Positions 1 to 10,365 of a stretch of DNA of 64,000 nt are shown here, one piece after another. Every line of letters begins with the position of its first letter. Position 1 is the stretch's first letter. Location: contig CDRNVI010000053.1 in the NCBI GenBank assembly GCA_977017575.1, positions 558,001 through 622,000 of the forward strand, read 5' to 3'. The stretch comes from Paramoeba atlantica (taxonomy: Eukaryota > Protista > Discosea). The notes below the pieces were generated by a model. That model did no database searches and was not told the origin of the DNA. It worked only from the letters and a program-made list of their open reading frames with translations. Both the position numbers and the translations under genes were made by a program.

Positions 1-2214
1 CATTCATATCGACTCTGGAAACTATACCTTTCATTACGAGTACAGCTTCAACGATTATCTACAGCAAGGGTCGGCGGATTTATCGAAAGGACCGCAGAAG
101 ACTTTGAGCAATGCCTTTCGAGCACAAAGTTACGAAGATTTCCGTGGCTCTGGGTTATGTACGTGAAGATGTACATGGATTCTCTTTGTTTCACGAGCGC
201 TCGCCACGTGTTCGGCAGAGCATTAGAATCACTTCCATGGACTCAGCACGCTTTCCTTTGGCGATGCTACGTTGGCTTTCTTTTAGAGGAGTCATTAGAC
301 TCGGACTATATGGTTATTTCAACGCTTAAACGAGCAGTCGAATTCGATCACAAATATGTCACTCCTCTGTACGATGACTATATCGCACGCAAGCGATATG
401 TCGATGCTTTTGTTCTTCTTGTTTCTTACCCGGATTACTTCGAATTTGGTCCTCTTGACTTTCTGTCAAAGTATCGCGCTACTGCTTTTCAGAGTATTGT
501 GAAAGATTATTTTACCACGGCAGTCGACGTTGTTCCTGGTAAGTGTTCTACTATCCTGGCACTTGGCAATACAATTACCGAGTATTTTTCCTATCACAAA
601 GAATTTAATGAAGCCCGAAGGCTGTACGAAACGTTGTTCCAGAGGGCTGACTATGTTTTCTTTGCTGCGGTTTATGAAAATTGTACTCTTCTCTTAGTTA
701 ACGCCGCCCATTGGCATAAATATTCAATTGACAGTGTCCGAAATTTAGAGGCCTTACTGCAGCAGCGAGAAGACTATGATATAGCTGCCGCACTACGTAA
801 ATATCCCACCCTAACTTTTTTATGGATTCGAAAAGCAGCAAAAATGGGGGAGGATGTGGGGGGGAAGGAATCAGTTTTCTTAGAAGCAGTGAAACAATGT
901 GCACACAATAGTGATGTTCACAAAATTTGGTACGAGTTTTCTCTTTGGTACGAAGCCACGAAGGACTATTCTTCTGCTGAACATGTTTTGATAACAGCTT
1001 TAAGGCAAAAATTTGTAAATGCGGAAAGCTATGCATACTTAACTTGCGCATACGCTGAACTGCTTATACGTTGTTGCAAGCATGCAAAGGTTATTAAACT
1101 TCTTCGCTTCGCGACGGCGACTAATGATGCATCCATCGCAACATCCTTTAGCAGTGATACTGCGCTCTCCAAAGTAACGTGGAAGTCGAATCGGGTATGG
1201 AATTTGTATCTCGATCTTGTCGAACAATACGGCGACCGTGAAGCTATAAAATCATCCTATGGTCGCATGTTTTCGTTAGGTATCGGCGGATCTAAACATT
1301 TCATCAATTATGCCAATATTCTGAAGGAAAATAAAGAAGACGTGAGTTCCATAGTACGTGTCCTCGAAGACGCTAGACAAAAGTTTTCAAGTGATCCGTC
1401 CATATGGAAAATGTATCTTAGAGCAATTGCGGATACATGCGGTTTTGAAATCGAGTTTTCTAGGCACTATTTCCGTCACTTCGCAGCACGGTTTGTTCGA
1501 GGTCACGATTATTGGCAACTTAGTTCAAATCAGTCGCCAGGGAAATCCATCTTATTTCTGTTTAATCTTTGCGCCTGTTTTTGCGCCATTAAAGAGGATG
1601 AGTACAAGAAAGGCAATCGCTTAATTAGTTTTGAAATGCAACGTAACGAATTGTTTTGTTCAATACGCTTGTACATCGCTACGCGAACTTGTATTACTGG
1701 TATAGCAGAGTCTGGGAAAACTCTATTACCGGGTGAAGACCCAGTCAAACGTGATGCAATCATCTACACAACGCTTTCTAATGTGATGGGACGCGTGGTT
1801 GACTACATTAAAGAAGGGGACAAAATCTTTGGATGCAATTCCGGGCGCACTGCCTTTCACAGCATTATTCAATACGTAGAAGCAGCCGTTGAAAAAGAAC
1901 ACTCCTTTGTCATCATTCCTTTTATTTTGAATATCACCATGTGGTTGATTGATTATGAACTGATAGGTATTCATATCAAAGAAGCACGAAACGCGTTTAA
2001 AATTGGTGCCCAGTGGCTTATTGTCTTAAACTCAGTTTCTTGCATCCGTAATGACATTGAATGGAGTACACTTCAAATAGCGTTTTGGAAGAAATGGGCT
2101 GAATTTGAGAAAATGTACGGTACGGATGCCAAGCAATGCGATGTTCGTAAAATATGGAAGACAGTTACTCAAGCAAGCTTTAAAACTGCACCTCTTTTCA
2201 TGGAAGAAAAGTAA
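1..2214 (+). CDS. SYF1: Pre-mRNA splicing factor SYF1/XAB2-like HAT-repeat protein, 5'-truncated by the window edge
   Basis: Frame 1 is open from base 1 (HSYRLWKLYL...) into the 157..2214 ORF. SYRLWKLYL and ARHVFGRALESLPWTQHAFLWRCY match SYF1 N-terminal HAT repeats (SYKLW..YL; FDRALRALPITQH.RIW.LY). Confidence 0.8.
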   Translation, partial: HSYRLWKLYLSLRVQLQRLSTARVGGFIERTAEDFEQCLSSTKLRRFPWLWVMYVKMYMDSLCFTSARHVFGRALESLPWTQHAFLWRCYVGFLLEESLDSDYMVISTLKRAVEFDHKYVTPLYDDYIARKRYVDAFVLLVSYPDYFEFGPLDFLSKYRATAFQSIVKDYFTTAVDVVPGKCSTILALGNTITEYFSYHKEFNEARRLYETLFQRADYVFFAAVYENCTLLLVNAAHWHKYSIDSVRNLEALLQQREDYDIAAALRKYPTLTFLWIRKAAKMGEDVGGKESVFLEAVKQCAHNSDVHKIWYEFSLWYEATKDYSSAEHVLITALRQKFVNAESYAYLTCAYAELLIRCCKHAKVIKLLRFATATNDASIATSFSSDTALSKVTWKSNRVWNLYLDLVEQYGDREAIKSSYGRMFSLGIGGSKHFINYANILKENKEDVSSIVRVLEDARQKFSSDPSIWKMYLRAIADTCGFEIEFSRHYFRHFAARFVRGHDYWQLSSNQSPGKSILFLFNLCACFCAIKEDEYKKGNRLISFEMQRNELFCSIRLYIATRTCITGIAESGKTLLPGEDPVKRDAIIYTTLSNVMGRVVDYIKEGDKIFGCNSGRTAFHSIIQYVEAAVEKEHSFVIIPFILNITMWLIDYELIGIHIKEARNAFKIGAQWLIVLNSVSCIRNDIEWSTLQIAFWKKWAEFEKMYGTDAKQCDVRKIWKTVTQASFKTAPLFMEEK

Positions 2215-2829
2215 GCCGAACTACTATTTGGGTTAATTCAAGTACACTTACTTAGTATATTATACTCTAAATATTGCGGTGGTTGTATAACTACCTCTCT
2301 ACGCTCGATTATCGAAACAACAGTGAACTAAAACCGAAAAAATACTGCAAAATCGAAAGACAGTATTGAAATAATTGGGGGTTCAGGGGGTCATGGTCGA
2401 CCAAAACGTTTTTAGAAAAAAGAAATATCGTTCCTCCTATTGTAGTATGGGGCCTCTACTAGCATTCTGCAACGTTGTTTTCACAACATACGTTTCAGTA
2501 CCATTTCTTGCAGCTGGGACCACCCACAGTGGCCCTTTTTCGACCGAAATACGCGAAAAAATATTTTTTGGACCCAATAGGGTCCGTTTTCCTTTCACAA
2601 ATAGTTTGGTCTGAGTCGCATTTTGTACTCATTACGTTCTGTAGGCCTTTATTCTTGCGAATCGGAGAACTATGAAGTGTGACAATCTGAAAATGTTAAG
2701 AAACGTACAGAAAAAAGAGTAGATTTTATCTCAATAGTGCACAATGAGGCGACACATTATAAATAGTATTGAAAGAAATCGCAAAAACAAATCGGAACGG
2801 CTTCGCGGCACCTGTTTTCTCCGACTGAC

Positions 2830-2854
2830 AAATAAGTAGGGTCCCTACTTATTT
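2830..2854. repeat. Perfect hairpin, 12-bp arms with a 1-nt loop (AAATAAGTAGGG-T-CCCTACTTATTT)
   Basis: Arms 2830-2841 and 2843-2854 are exact reverse complements. Confidence 0.9.
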
Positions 2855-3170
2855 ACCCTCCCTAAGGGGGGTGAAGTTACTATCATTTCCCAGAACTGAG
2901 AATAAGTAGAGGGCGGTGACAATTATGTAGGGGGGATAGTATAAGAGGGATAGTATACTGTATTTCTCAAGAGAAGTCTTTACGCAGTTTAAGCTTGTTT
3001 AATGGCAAATAATTACTCACACCCTCGAATAAAATGCAACTCTGCTGCGACAATTGCAATTCAGTAGGTAGGGTTGGAGCTAAAAAGTATTCAACCCATC
3101 TCATTGAGTGAATTCCGGCGTTTACAAAATGAATTATTTTTTGGGGAGTATGTAGTAGCCTTTTTTTGGT

Positions 3171-3644
3171 ATGAAAAATATTATTATAGACTATGCGGGT
3201 CTCACAGATTTGCTAATTGGTGTGTTAGGAAAGACTTTCTGTCTTGCTGCTCTTTTTCGTGCATATCAAAATATTGGAGGAGACCTAAAACTAGATTGCG
3301 TTTTACATGCGATTGTGATAGGATTTGGTCCGCTTAGTATAGCAGCTTATTTTCTACCTGGCTTCGTAAAAGCAGAGCTGGTAGTAAGTGCCTCACTTCT
3401 CTTCATATGTGTCAGATGGTGGATTAAAATGTATTGCACTCAAAACGTTGAACAGACCGAAAATTCTTGTGAGAAAATACCTCCAGAAAACTATTGTTCG
3501 GAAGGAGCCCGGACCACGATACAATCCCTAAAATTACTTAGAAACAAATGCTTGAAAAATCCGCACCTGTTTTCACGATTACAAAACATTTCCCGTTTCC
3601 GGCGCTTCCTGTGTGATCCTAATGACTACGGGATTTGGTTTTAA
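3171..3644 (+). CDS. Hypothetical small membrane protein
   Basis: 157-aa ORF on the polycistron strand with 2-3 hydrophobic segments; no recognised family. Confidence 0.4.
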   Translation: MKNIIIDYAGLTDLLIGVLGKTFCLAALFRAYQNIGGDLKLDCVLHAIVIGFGPLSIAAYFLPGFVKAELVVSASLLFICVRWWIKMYCTQNVEQTENSCEKIPPENYCSEGARTTIQSLKLLRNKCLKNPHLFSRLQNISRFRRFLCDPNDYGIWF

Positions 3645-3938
3645 GTCTTTTGTTGTATTTTAAATCCTGTTTTTTCAAATCTTACTCTAGAAGTAAATTT
3701 ATTTCTTACTTACTCTAGAGGTATTAAAACTTACTTTAGGAATTATAGAATCTAGTAAATCGTCGTCATTTTTACTCACAAAATTGTAAAACCTTTTTGT
3801 TAACTCATGATTCTTGAGCAATCAATTATTCTAAGTAGTAGTACGTCGAATCGCTACCTTTTAAATCACGTTCCTTTCTACGATTTTTGTCGTACAACGG
3901 CCATGTGCCACCTTTTTCATAACATGGTCTTTCGCTAG

Positions 3939-6008
3939 ATGAGTGTTGCAAAGGAAACATGGAGGTCGCAACACGGGGTAGGAGGTATTTCTGCGTCTCA
4001 AGTTGGTTCAGCTCTTGGTCTTCGCGGGTGCATTAGTGATTTTTTACACTACGAAAGACATCTTAAATACACTAGTCTTGCATTCGAAGGAAACAGCCAC
4101 ACTAGGCACGGAATTCGATTAGAGCCATTCGCGCGAACACTCTACGAGTATTGGACTGGATACAAAGTTTGTGATGGGGGTTTTCATATTCACAAAGACC
4201 ACAGTTTCCTAGCATGTTCTCCAGATGGCCTCGTTCACCGATCCGGTGATACCACTTTGTTACTTGAAATTAAATCCCCGGTACATGGGCTATACAAGCC
4301 CGCCACAGCGGAGAATATGATTTGTGGAATTCCAAAGTGCTACATGTGTCAGATACAATGCCAAATGGAAATATATAATGCCGACGTATGTGACTTCTTT
4401 GCTTATGTGCAGTGTAGTGGAACTGTTGCTGCTTGGCGAGTGCATCGCAATACTTTATGGTGGGCGTGGGCTCTACCCAAGTTGAAACTAATTAGTCATG
4501 CGTTGAATGACGTGGTCGTTCCGGAAGCATTGTGTAGCCGTAAATTTCACTTTATTCCGTTCGATTATGATCAAATTGTGGTCAAATTTCTTTTTTTGGA
4601 TAATGGTTCGTCTTCTTCTTCGATAACTTTCTGCAGACCTTTGGTATTAGAGCCTCAAGGTGCGCGTTTTGAAAGGGGAGAGATGTGTTTTTTGATTCCA
4701 CAGAATGAGGTTCAAAAAGCTGAGCGGTCACAATACCATTCTTTGAATGTTGATTCAGAAGAAGAATTGGACGCAATGTGGCTTTCGGCCGTCCAATATA
4801 ATGAACGAAGAACCATGTTAGTGTGTAGGCCCCCAACTAGGGCATTTCCGTATTCCATAGTCCAGGACATGAACAATTCTAAGTTTTATCACGTTCCTGA
4901 GAAGTTTCTTGAAAAGGAGCACTGTGAAGAAAGCGGTCCTAATAAAAAGGATATGAAAATCAGACTATTAAGATCATTTCCTGAAGAGGACAGCCCCAGG
5001 GAAATCAGTTCATTGCAATCTACCGTAGATTCGGATGACCTCTGCAGTGCTACTCTACCTCTTCTGCTCAGTCTAAGAGATTTTTCGGAATATTTTGCAT
5101 CACTTCCTGAAAATGCAAACGTTGGTCTTATTCAAGGAAGTATCCGAAAAAGGGATGTGTGTGCAGTAAATCATCTCATAGAACGTTTTTCTGAACGATT
5201 TCCCCAGTGTCACATGATGTCCTGGAGCGAATTTCTTGTTTTGGGAAAACGCGATTCTCTCCCAGGCACAATTACTATGCAGACTGAATCCGAGTTGTGT
5301 TCTCCGGAATCAAGTTCCCCATCAAGTACGGCATCAACTGCGTCATGTTCTGCTGATTCACTTGATAGAACATTCGCAAAAGGCAAATACAGTTTTTCGT
5401 GTTCTGCTATGCTAATATTTATTGGAGACATTCCCTTGGAATCACTTCCTTCGAAGGATGTCCCTTGCTCTTTTTTGCGAGATGAATGGTGTCGCGTCTT
5501 GCGCAAACACCATGTACAACTACATATTCCAACTCTATATCTTCCATCGACATATACTAATTTGACTAGGCCGTATGATGCCGAAACTATTGAACATAGA
5601 CCACCCAAGAAAAGATTTCTTTCACCTTTACGGACTCCCGTCGTAAGAATACATAAAAATTTATCCTCACAAAATTCGACGAATTCGCAATCCAAAAAAT
5701 GCACATTATCTCCTTCAAATCCAAAAATTAATTCTTCTCAAAGTTTTGATTCAACGATCCCCACCCAAACAGAGTCGCTGGACCTTACAGGATGTATTGA
5801 AGAGATGCAAATGATAGAGGAAAATGCTGTTGCACATTCTACATGCCCAAATGAGGAAATTTTGGAGGCAGACCCACAGAGAAGAAAAGTTTCAAAATAT
5901 AAAGATGGCGCTTGTTCAGGAATTTTAGTACCAAGTTGTAACGGTTTGATGTGGAGTGACGGTCTCCTGAGTCTTCGATGCCGAATAATCAGGCAATATT
6001 GGATTTAA
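3939..6008 (+). CDS. YqaJ-like viral recombinase / lambda-exonuclease (PD-(D/E)xK) domain protein with a long low-complexity C-terminus
   Basis: ISASQVGSALG, HGIRLEPFAR, LACSPDGLV, LLEIKSP, YMCQIQCQMEI and CDF motifs typical of YqaJ. Confidence 0.8.
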   Translation: MSVAKETWRSQHGVGGISASQVGSALGLRGCISDFLHYERHLKYTSLAFEGNSHTRHGIRLEPFARTLYEYWTGYKVCDGGFHIHKDHSFLACSPDGLVHRSGDTTLLLEIKSPVHGLYKPATAENMICGIPKCYMCQIQCQMEIYNADVCDFFAYVQCSGTVAAWRVHRNTLWWAWALPKLKLISHALNDVVVPEALCSRKFHFIPFDYDQIVVKFLFLDNGSSSSSITFCRPLVLEPQGARFERGEMCFLIPQNEVQKAERSQYHSLNVDSEEELDAMWLSAVQYNERRTMLVCRPPTRAFPYSIVQDMNNSKFYHVPEKFLEKEHCEESGPNKKDMKIRLLRSFPEEDSPREISSLQSTVDSDDLCSATLPLLLSLRDFSEYFASLPENANVGLIQGSIRKRDVCAVNHLIERFSERFPQCHMMSWSEFLVLGKRDSLPGTITMQTESELCSPESSSPSSTASTASCSADSLDRTFAKGKYSFSCSAMLIFIGDIPLESLPSKDVPCSFLRDEWCRVLRKHHVQLHIPTLYLPSTYTNLTRPYDAETIEHRPPKKRFLSPLRTPVVRIHKNLSSQNSTNSQSKKCTLSPSNPKINSSQSFDSTIPTQTESLDLTGCIEEMQMIEENAVAHSTCPNEEILEADPQRRKVSKYKDGACSGILVPSCNGLMWSDGLLSLRCRIIRQYWI

Positions 6009-6351
6009 GCTATGCATTTCATAGCCATTGTTGTAACGAAAGCAAAAAACATGCTATCATTTTTCAAGACGTCTTGAGGCACACCATGTACATGTTTACA
6101 ACATATTTACAAAGCATATTTACAACACGTTTTTATAACACGCGTGTGGACATGAAATCCATATCGATTCATTGAATCGGGGCCAGAATACTCTCCAAAC
6201 GAAAAAATGGAAAACTACCGTTACCCCTCCTAGACAGATCCGGACAAAAGTGTCTAAAATGGCAAAATTTAGGATATGTTACATACTAGGATATGTTACG
6301 TACTAGTAAGGTGAGACGAAAAAATGTTCGAGGTAATCGAATGAGACCCAC

Positions 6352-6436
6352 AAAGAAATATCAAGCTCAAAAAGATATCAAGCTCAAAAAAATATGAAGC
6401 TCAAAAATGTATGAAACTCAAAAAGATATCAAGCAG
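6352..6436 (+). repeat. Tandem 17-bp repeat x5 (AAAAAGATATCAAGCTC consensus) inside the pogo element
   Basis: Units start at 6352, 6369, 6386, 6403 and 6420. Confidence 0.9.
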
Positions 6437-6467
6437 GCTCTCATCAGGAACCTAGCGTTACGCCGTC

Positions 6468-7773
6468 TCATTCGTTATCCCCTGAGTCGGAGTCGACGAT
6501 TACCGCTTGTTCGAGAAACGTTGATCGAGCCAGGCGTGAGCAAAGCTCTGCCTCATTATCAGCGCCACGCGAAGTCTCTGTCACCACAAGAGTGCTTGCA
6601 CAAAGCTCTGATGCACGCTCGTAGGAAATCTGACGGATGTTTTCCTCCAATGCCGTCTTATAAATAACTTCGAAAGCCTTCCCATCGGCTTCAGTGCCAA
6701 TAGAATGAAGAGATCGAACAACAAAGCGCGTAATGTTCCCACGTGACGGTTTCGGAAATGTGTTGAACGTTGCTGCTCGCCAGTAAGTATACTGCTCACT
6801 GTAGTTGTGCTTAAAGCTTCGATTCACTGTAGGTCCATAAGCTGCAAGATTGAAGTACATCCACCGGGAATGAGAGCTACATCAATGTCTCGCCGTTTAA
6901 AAAATAAAAGCACTTTATTTGTTCGATGTGCGGCATATAAATCCATAATCAAGATAGTTTTCCGGGGTGGGTACTTCGAATGATCGCTAAAATTCATGCT
7001 TCGCCCAAGCAGAAAAAGCTTCTGATGTTGTCCATCCGCTTGGAGTTGTAGTTGCGGTGCAGCCATATCCTTCGGCTGCCGCGCGCACCTCTTTGGAAAC
7101 TAATCCAGTCGAAGAATGCGCGGACCAAATAAGGTGAGGTGGGTGTATTTCATGTTCCCATTTCCCCGATTCTTCCTGTCGCGTCCCCGATACATAGGAG
7201 GAAGTTCCCCAAAACCAGGCAGTACCCATGGACCGTTCCTTCCCCCTTTGTTCGCACCTTAATTCGTTTTGTGCCACGCTGCTCATAAGTGATCTCAGAT
7301 ACCGGTTCCCAAAGTATGGACGTTTCCTCACCCGTTACGATGACGGAATAACCTCCTCTGTCTTTGTTCATGAGTGTAATCATATCGCGAAACTTTGAAG
7401 CTTTTTCATCAGCATCTTTTGGGACAAGCTGGGGGTATCCGTTTACTCTTCGGCGTGAAATATTAACGTATTTGCAGAATCGAAGCCAAAATTTTTCTTG
7501 CCCATAATTGCTAAGCTCGCGAAAGTGTTCAGATGCTTCCTCGAAATATCGAAACATCATCTTCTTTGTGACTGCAACTAGCGTTTCTCGAAGCATGTTC
7601 ATCGTGTGGATACCTCCATTGTACAATTCGCTATTCTTCTTGGGGGCATGGTATTGAAGAGCTTTTCCATAGCCAATGCGTACAAGTCTTTGCCATTCTT
7701 GCTTCTTTTGATATATTTTTCGCAGAGTACTAGTATCTATTTTGTATTCCCGAGGAACACTGACCAAGGACAA
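6468..7773 (-). pseudogene. Frameshifted pogo/DDE_1 transposase
   Basis: Consecutive - strand fragments: HTH-like N-terminus and IVTGEETSILWE (first Asp replaced by Glu), GWTTSEAF..W, ILIMDLYAAH, IPGGCTSILQLMD, VNRSFKHNY. There are 35 residues between the 2nd and 3rd Asp. Confidence 0.85.
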
Positions 7774-8355
7774 CCATCACCCAGGCAGGAACACATGTTG
7801 CATTTTTGCTGAATCATTAAGTCCACACGAACCTTACGCTCATTGTGGAGTACAGCACTCTGCTCGGTAGCGATTTCTGCAGTCGGTGGAGTTGTAGACA
7901 CTTCCTCGGAATCCGGTATAATGGTCACCGGTGTCTCCACTGGAAGAAAGCGCTGTCGCACAAGGCTTGCATTGAACAGTAGGTGATTTAATGGCCCAGG
8001 CATTTGAATTGTAGCGAAATGATATTGAGGGAATAATTGTTGGATAAAACGTTACACTACGATTGAAAGACAGAGAACAAAATTTTCACATTGGATATAA
8101 AGCTAGTACGTAACATATCCCATATTTTCGGGAAAAAGGGGATATGTTACGTACTAGGATATGTCTAGGGGGGTAACGGTATATTAATATTTTTGACTAA
8201 AGTGTTAGCTGATTTATACTTTTCAAAAAAATAATCCTTGCAAAAAAGATTTCTCGAATGCGGCGAAAAAATACGGCATGACGATTACGAGAATATAGAG
8301 AATGCGGTACGGGTAGTATTTTTGTTTTGTTTTTTAAGACACCTCACATAAGATT

Positions 8356-10365
8356 TTGATTGATATGAACCTGTGTTTCTACGGTTATATGAAACGGCAT
8401 ATAAGATCAATACGTGGTCAAAAGAGGATATCCGTGCAAAGGAATTTTCTTCCATTGAATTGCTTTCTGCGGCTAATTAACCAAGTCATGATGAAAGGTA
8501 CAGGAAGTCAATATTTTCGGTTGATTTTTCAGGGATTAACAGTCCCAAAAGTAGTGAATCCATACCATATCCGTTCTCTGCAAATTGCAAAAGACATCCA
8601 AAGTGGAACAATGCCCGAGTTGGAACTTCATCAGAGAAACATAATGAAAAAAGAACCTATGAGGCGATGCTATATTACAAAGTTTTTGCGACCAGGGATA
8701 CATGGATTTCAATGCTTTCACCATTGTGATCCTAGAGATACAGTAATTGAAGAGCTCGATACCGATGGAGTATGCGTTTCAGAATACTTGAAAAGGTCTT
8801 CTTCGAATCCTCCTGCTTCGAAAGCAAAGGGCAAAGCATTTGGTAAAGCATTTGAAAAAGTCGAAATCGGGAAACATTTTGTTTGTTTGGGAAAAGAACC
8901 TTACGTACAAATGGTAATTAAGAGCTCTGGTTTAGTCGAAGAGTGTCTTCCCCCATGTCTGCAAACGTGCTACCGAGTTACTGAGCGTAGAAATGATTTG
9001 GCCATTGTAACACAACGTGTGACTGTTCCGTATGAAGCGTACAAGGTCTTTGAACAAGGAAAAATAGGAGGATATCCTCATCTATCTTGTTTCACTCCAA
9101 CTGATCGAGAGTTGAGTCCAAGCAATTATTCTGGAAATCGCTATCAAGTAGTTTTGCGAAGAATTCCATTTCGGGAACAGAAAGCGGTGATCTGCGCTAT
9201 TGACTGTGTACGGCAAAGTGGGTTCTTAAATTATTTTCCTCCTAATTATTTTTCACATCTGACACGCAACAAAAATCTTATCGGGGGGCACGTACTCAGA
9301 AGAGAATTTCGAGCTATCGTACAACATCTGCTTGAAAATACATCTTCCAGACATTCGTTACAAAAAGGACGTCACGCCTCAAGGCAAGATGCCGAACTAT
9401 CTGATACAGACTTTGGTCATTCAGAACCAAGGAATTCAACGTTGAAAAATACTTCTAGTCCATTGTTTAGTGCCTTAAGCAAGCATATCTTTCAAAGAAT
9501 CCAAGATTCTAATCGAATATTTGCTGGAACTGCTTCGGATTATTTGACGATAAGAAATAATGGTCATTCAAATATACTGGAATGTGAAGCAGCTGATATA
9601 CTCCAAAAAAACATATCTTTGCGAAGTATGATGCACTGGCTGGCTGACCTATCACGCCTTGTTTGGGATCGTGTTGTTGGGCTTCGTATAGATCGCATAG
9701 GTGCTTTTCATGTTCTTCCTGGAGATATTATTATTCGAAACGGGAATTATGAATATGCTACAAGAGATCAGATACAAAAGGGGGAAATTACCGCTCACGA
9801 CGTGTTACTTCCCGTTCCTGGTACTGAAGTAAGCGTGCCGGAGAACGAGACGTCGATCATTTATGAAAGTGTTATGCAAGAGCTAGGATTGCCTCGTTCC
9901 TTTGAAAAATGGAAGTGCCGTGATCTGTCACTTGAACACCACGGTTCATACCGGCCGATGCTGGTCAAGCCGATATCGCTTTGCCATAAGCTGAGTACAG
10001 GACCACAAGATGCCATTCTTGATCTGCGGTTTAGTTTGCCACCCCAGTGTGACTTAACAATGATGCTGCGCGAGCTGTGCAAGTATGAAGAAAACACCCC
10101 GCTGTTATGCCCTATTAAAGTTCCTACAGCAATGACCGAACAAGCACTTGAAGAAACTCCTTCCCCCGTGAACGGTGAGCTCAAATGGAGGCACTTAACT
10201 GATTCTGAGAAAAAGACATACAATACTCAGCTATCGCCGCGAAAGAAGAAAATAGTGCACGGATCAGCCTTATTGCGTGGACGTTTAACTCACAAAATAT
10301 TTCACCGAATTCTGCCTTTAGGAACACAAAGGTGGAGCTCCAGAAAAATAGGTAAAAAGATATAA
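8356..10365 (+). CDS. TruD/PUS7-family pseudouridine-synthase-like protein, catalytic motif degenerate
   Basis: GNRYQVVLRRIP, GFLNYF, LPGDII, DVLLPVPG, GSYRPMLVKP and LRFSLP follow the TruD order. The GTKDKRAITVQ motif reads ERRNDLAIVTQ. Confidence 0.7.
   Translation: MIDMNLCFYGYMKRHIRSIRGQKRISVQRNFLPLNCFLRLINQVMMKGTGSQYFRLIFQGLTVPKVVNPYHIRSLQIAKDIQSGTMPELELHQRNIMKKEPMRRCYITKFLRPGIHGFQCFHHCDPRDTVIEELDTDGVCVSEYLKRSSSNPPASKAKGKAFGKAFEKVEIGKHFVCLGKEPYVQMVIKSSGLVEECLPPCLQTCYRVTERRNDLAIVTQRVTVPYEAYKVFEQGKIGGYPHLSCFTPTDRELSPSNYSGNRYQVVLRRIPFREQKAVICAIDCVRQSGFLNYFPPNYFSHLTRNKNLIGGHVLRREFRAIVQHLLENTSSRHSLQKGRHASRQDAELSDTDFGHSEPRNSTLKNTSSPLFSALSKHIFQRIQDSNRIFAGTASDYLTIRNNGHSNILECEAADILQKNISLRSMMHWLADLSRLVWDRVVGLRIDRIGAFHVLPGDIIIRNGNYEYATRDQIQKGEITAHDVLLPVPGTEVSVPENETSIIYESVMQELGLPRSFEKWKCRDLSLEHHGSYRPMLVKPISLCHKLSTGPQDAILDLRFSLPPQCDLTMMLRELCKYEENTPLLCPIKVPTAMTEQALEETPSPVNGELKWRHLTDSEKKTYNTQLSPRKKKIVHGSALLRGRLTHKIFHRILPLGTQRWSSRKIGKKI

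Larger units (their letters stand above)
6218..8179 (-). mobile_element. pogo-family (DDE_1, DD35D) DNA transposon, non-functional copy
   Basis: TIRs CCGTTACCCCTCCTAGACAGATCC (from 6218) and GGATATGTCTAGGGGGGTAACGG (to 8179). TA flanks at 6216-6217 and 8180-8181. Internal transposase fragments on the - strand. Confidence 0.9.
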
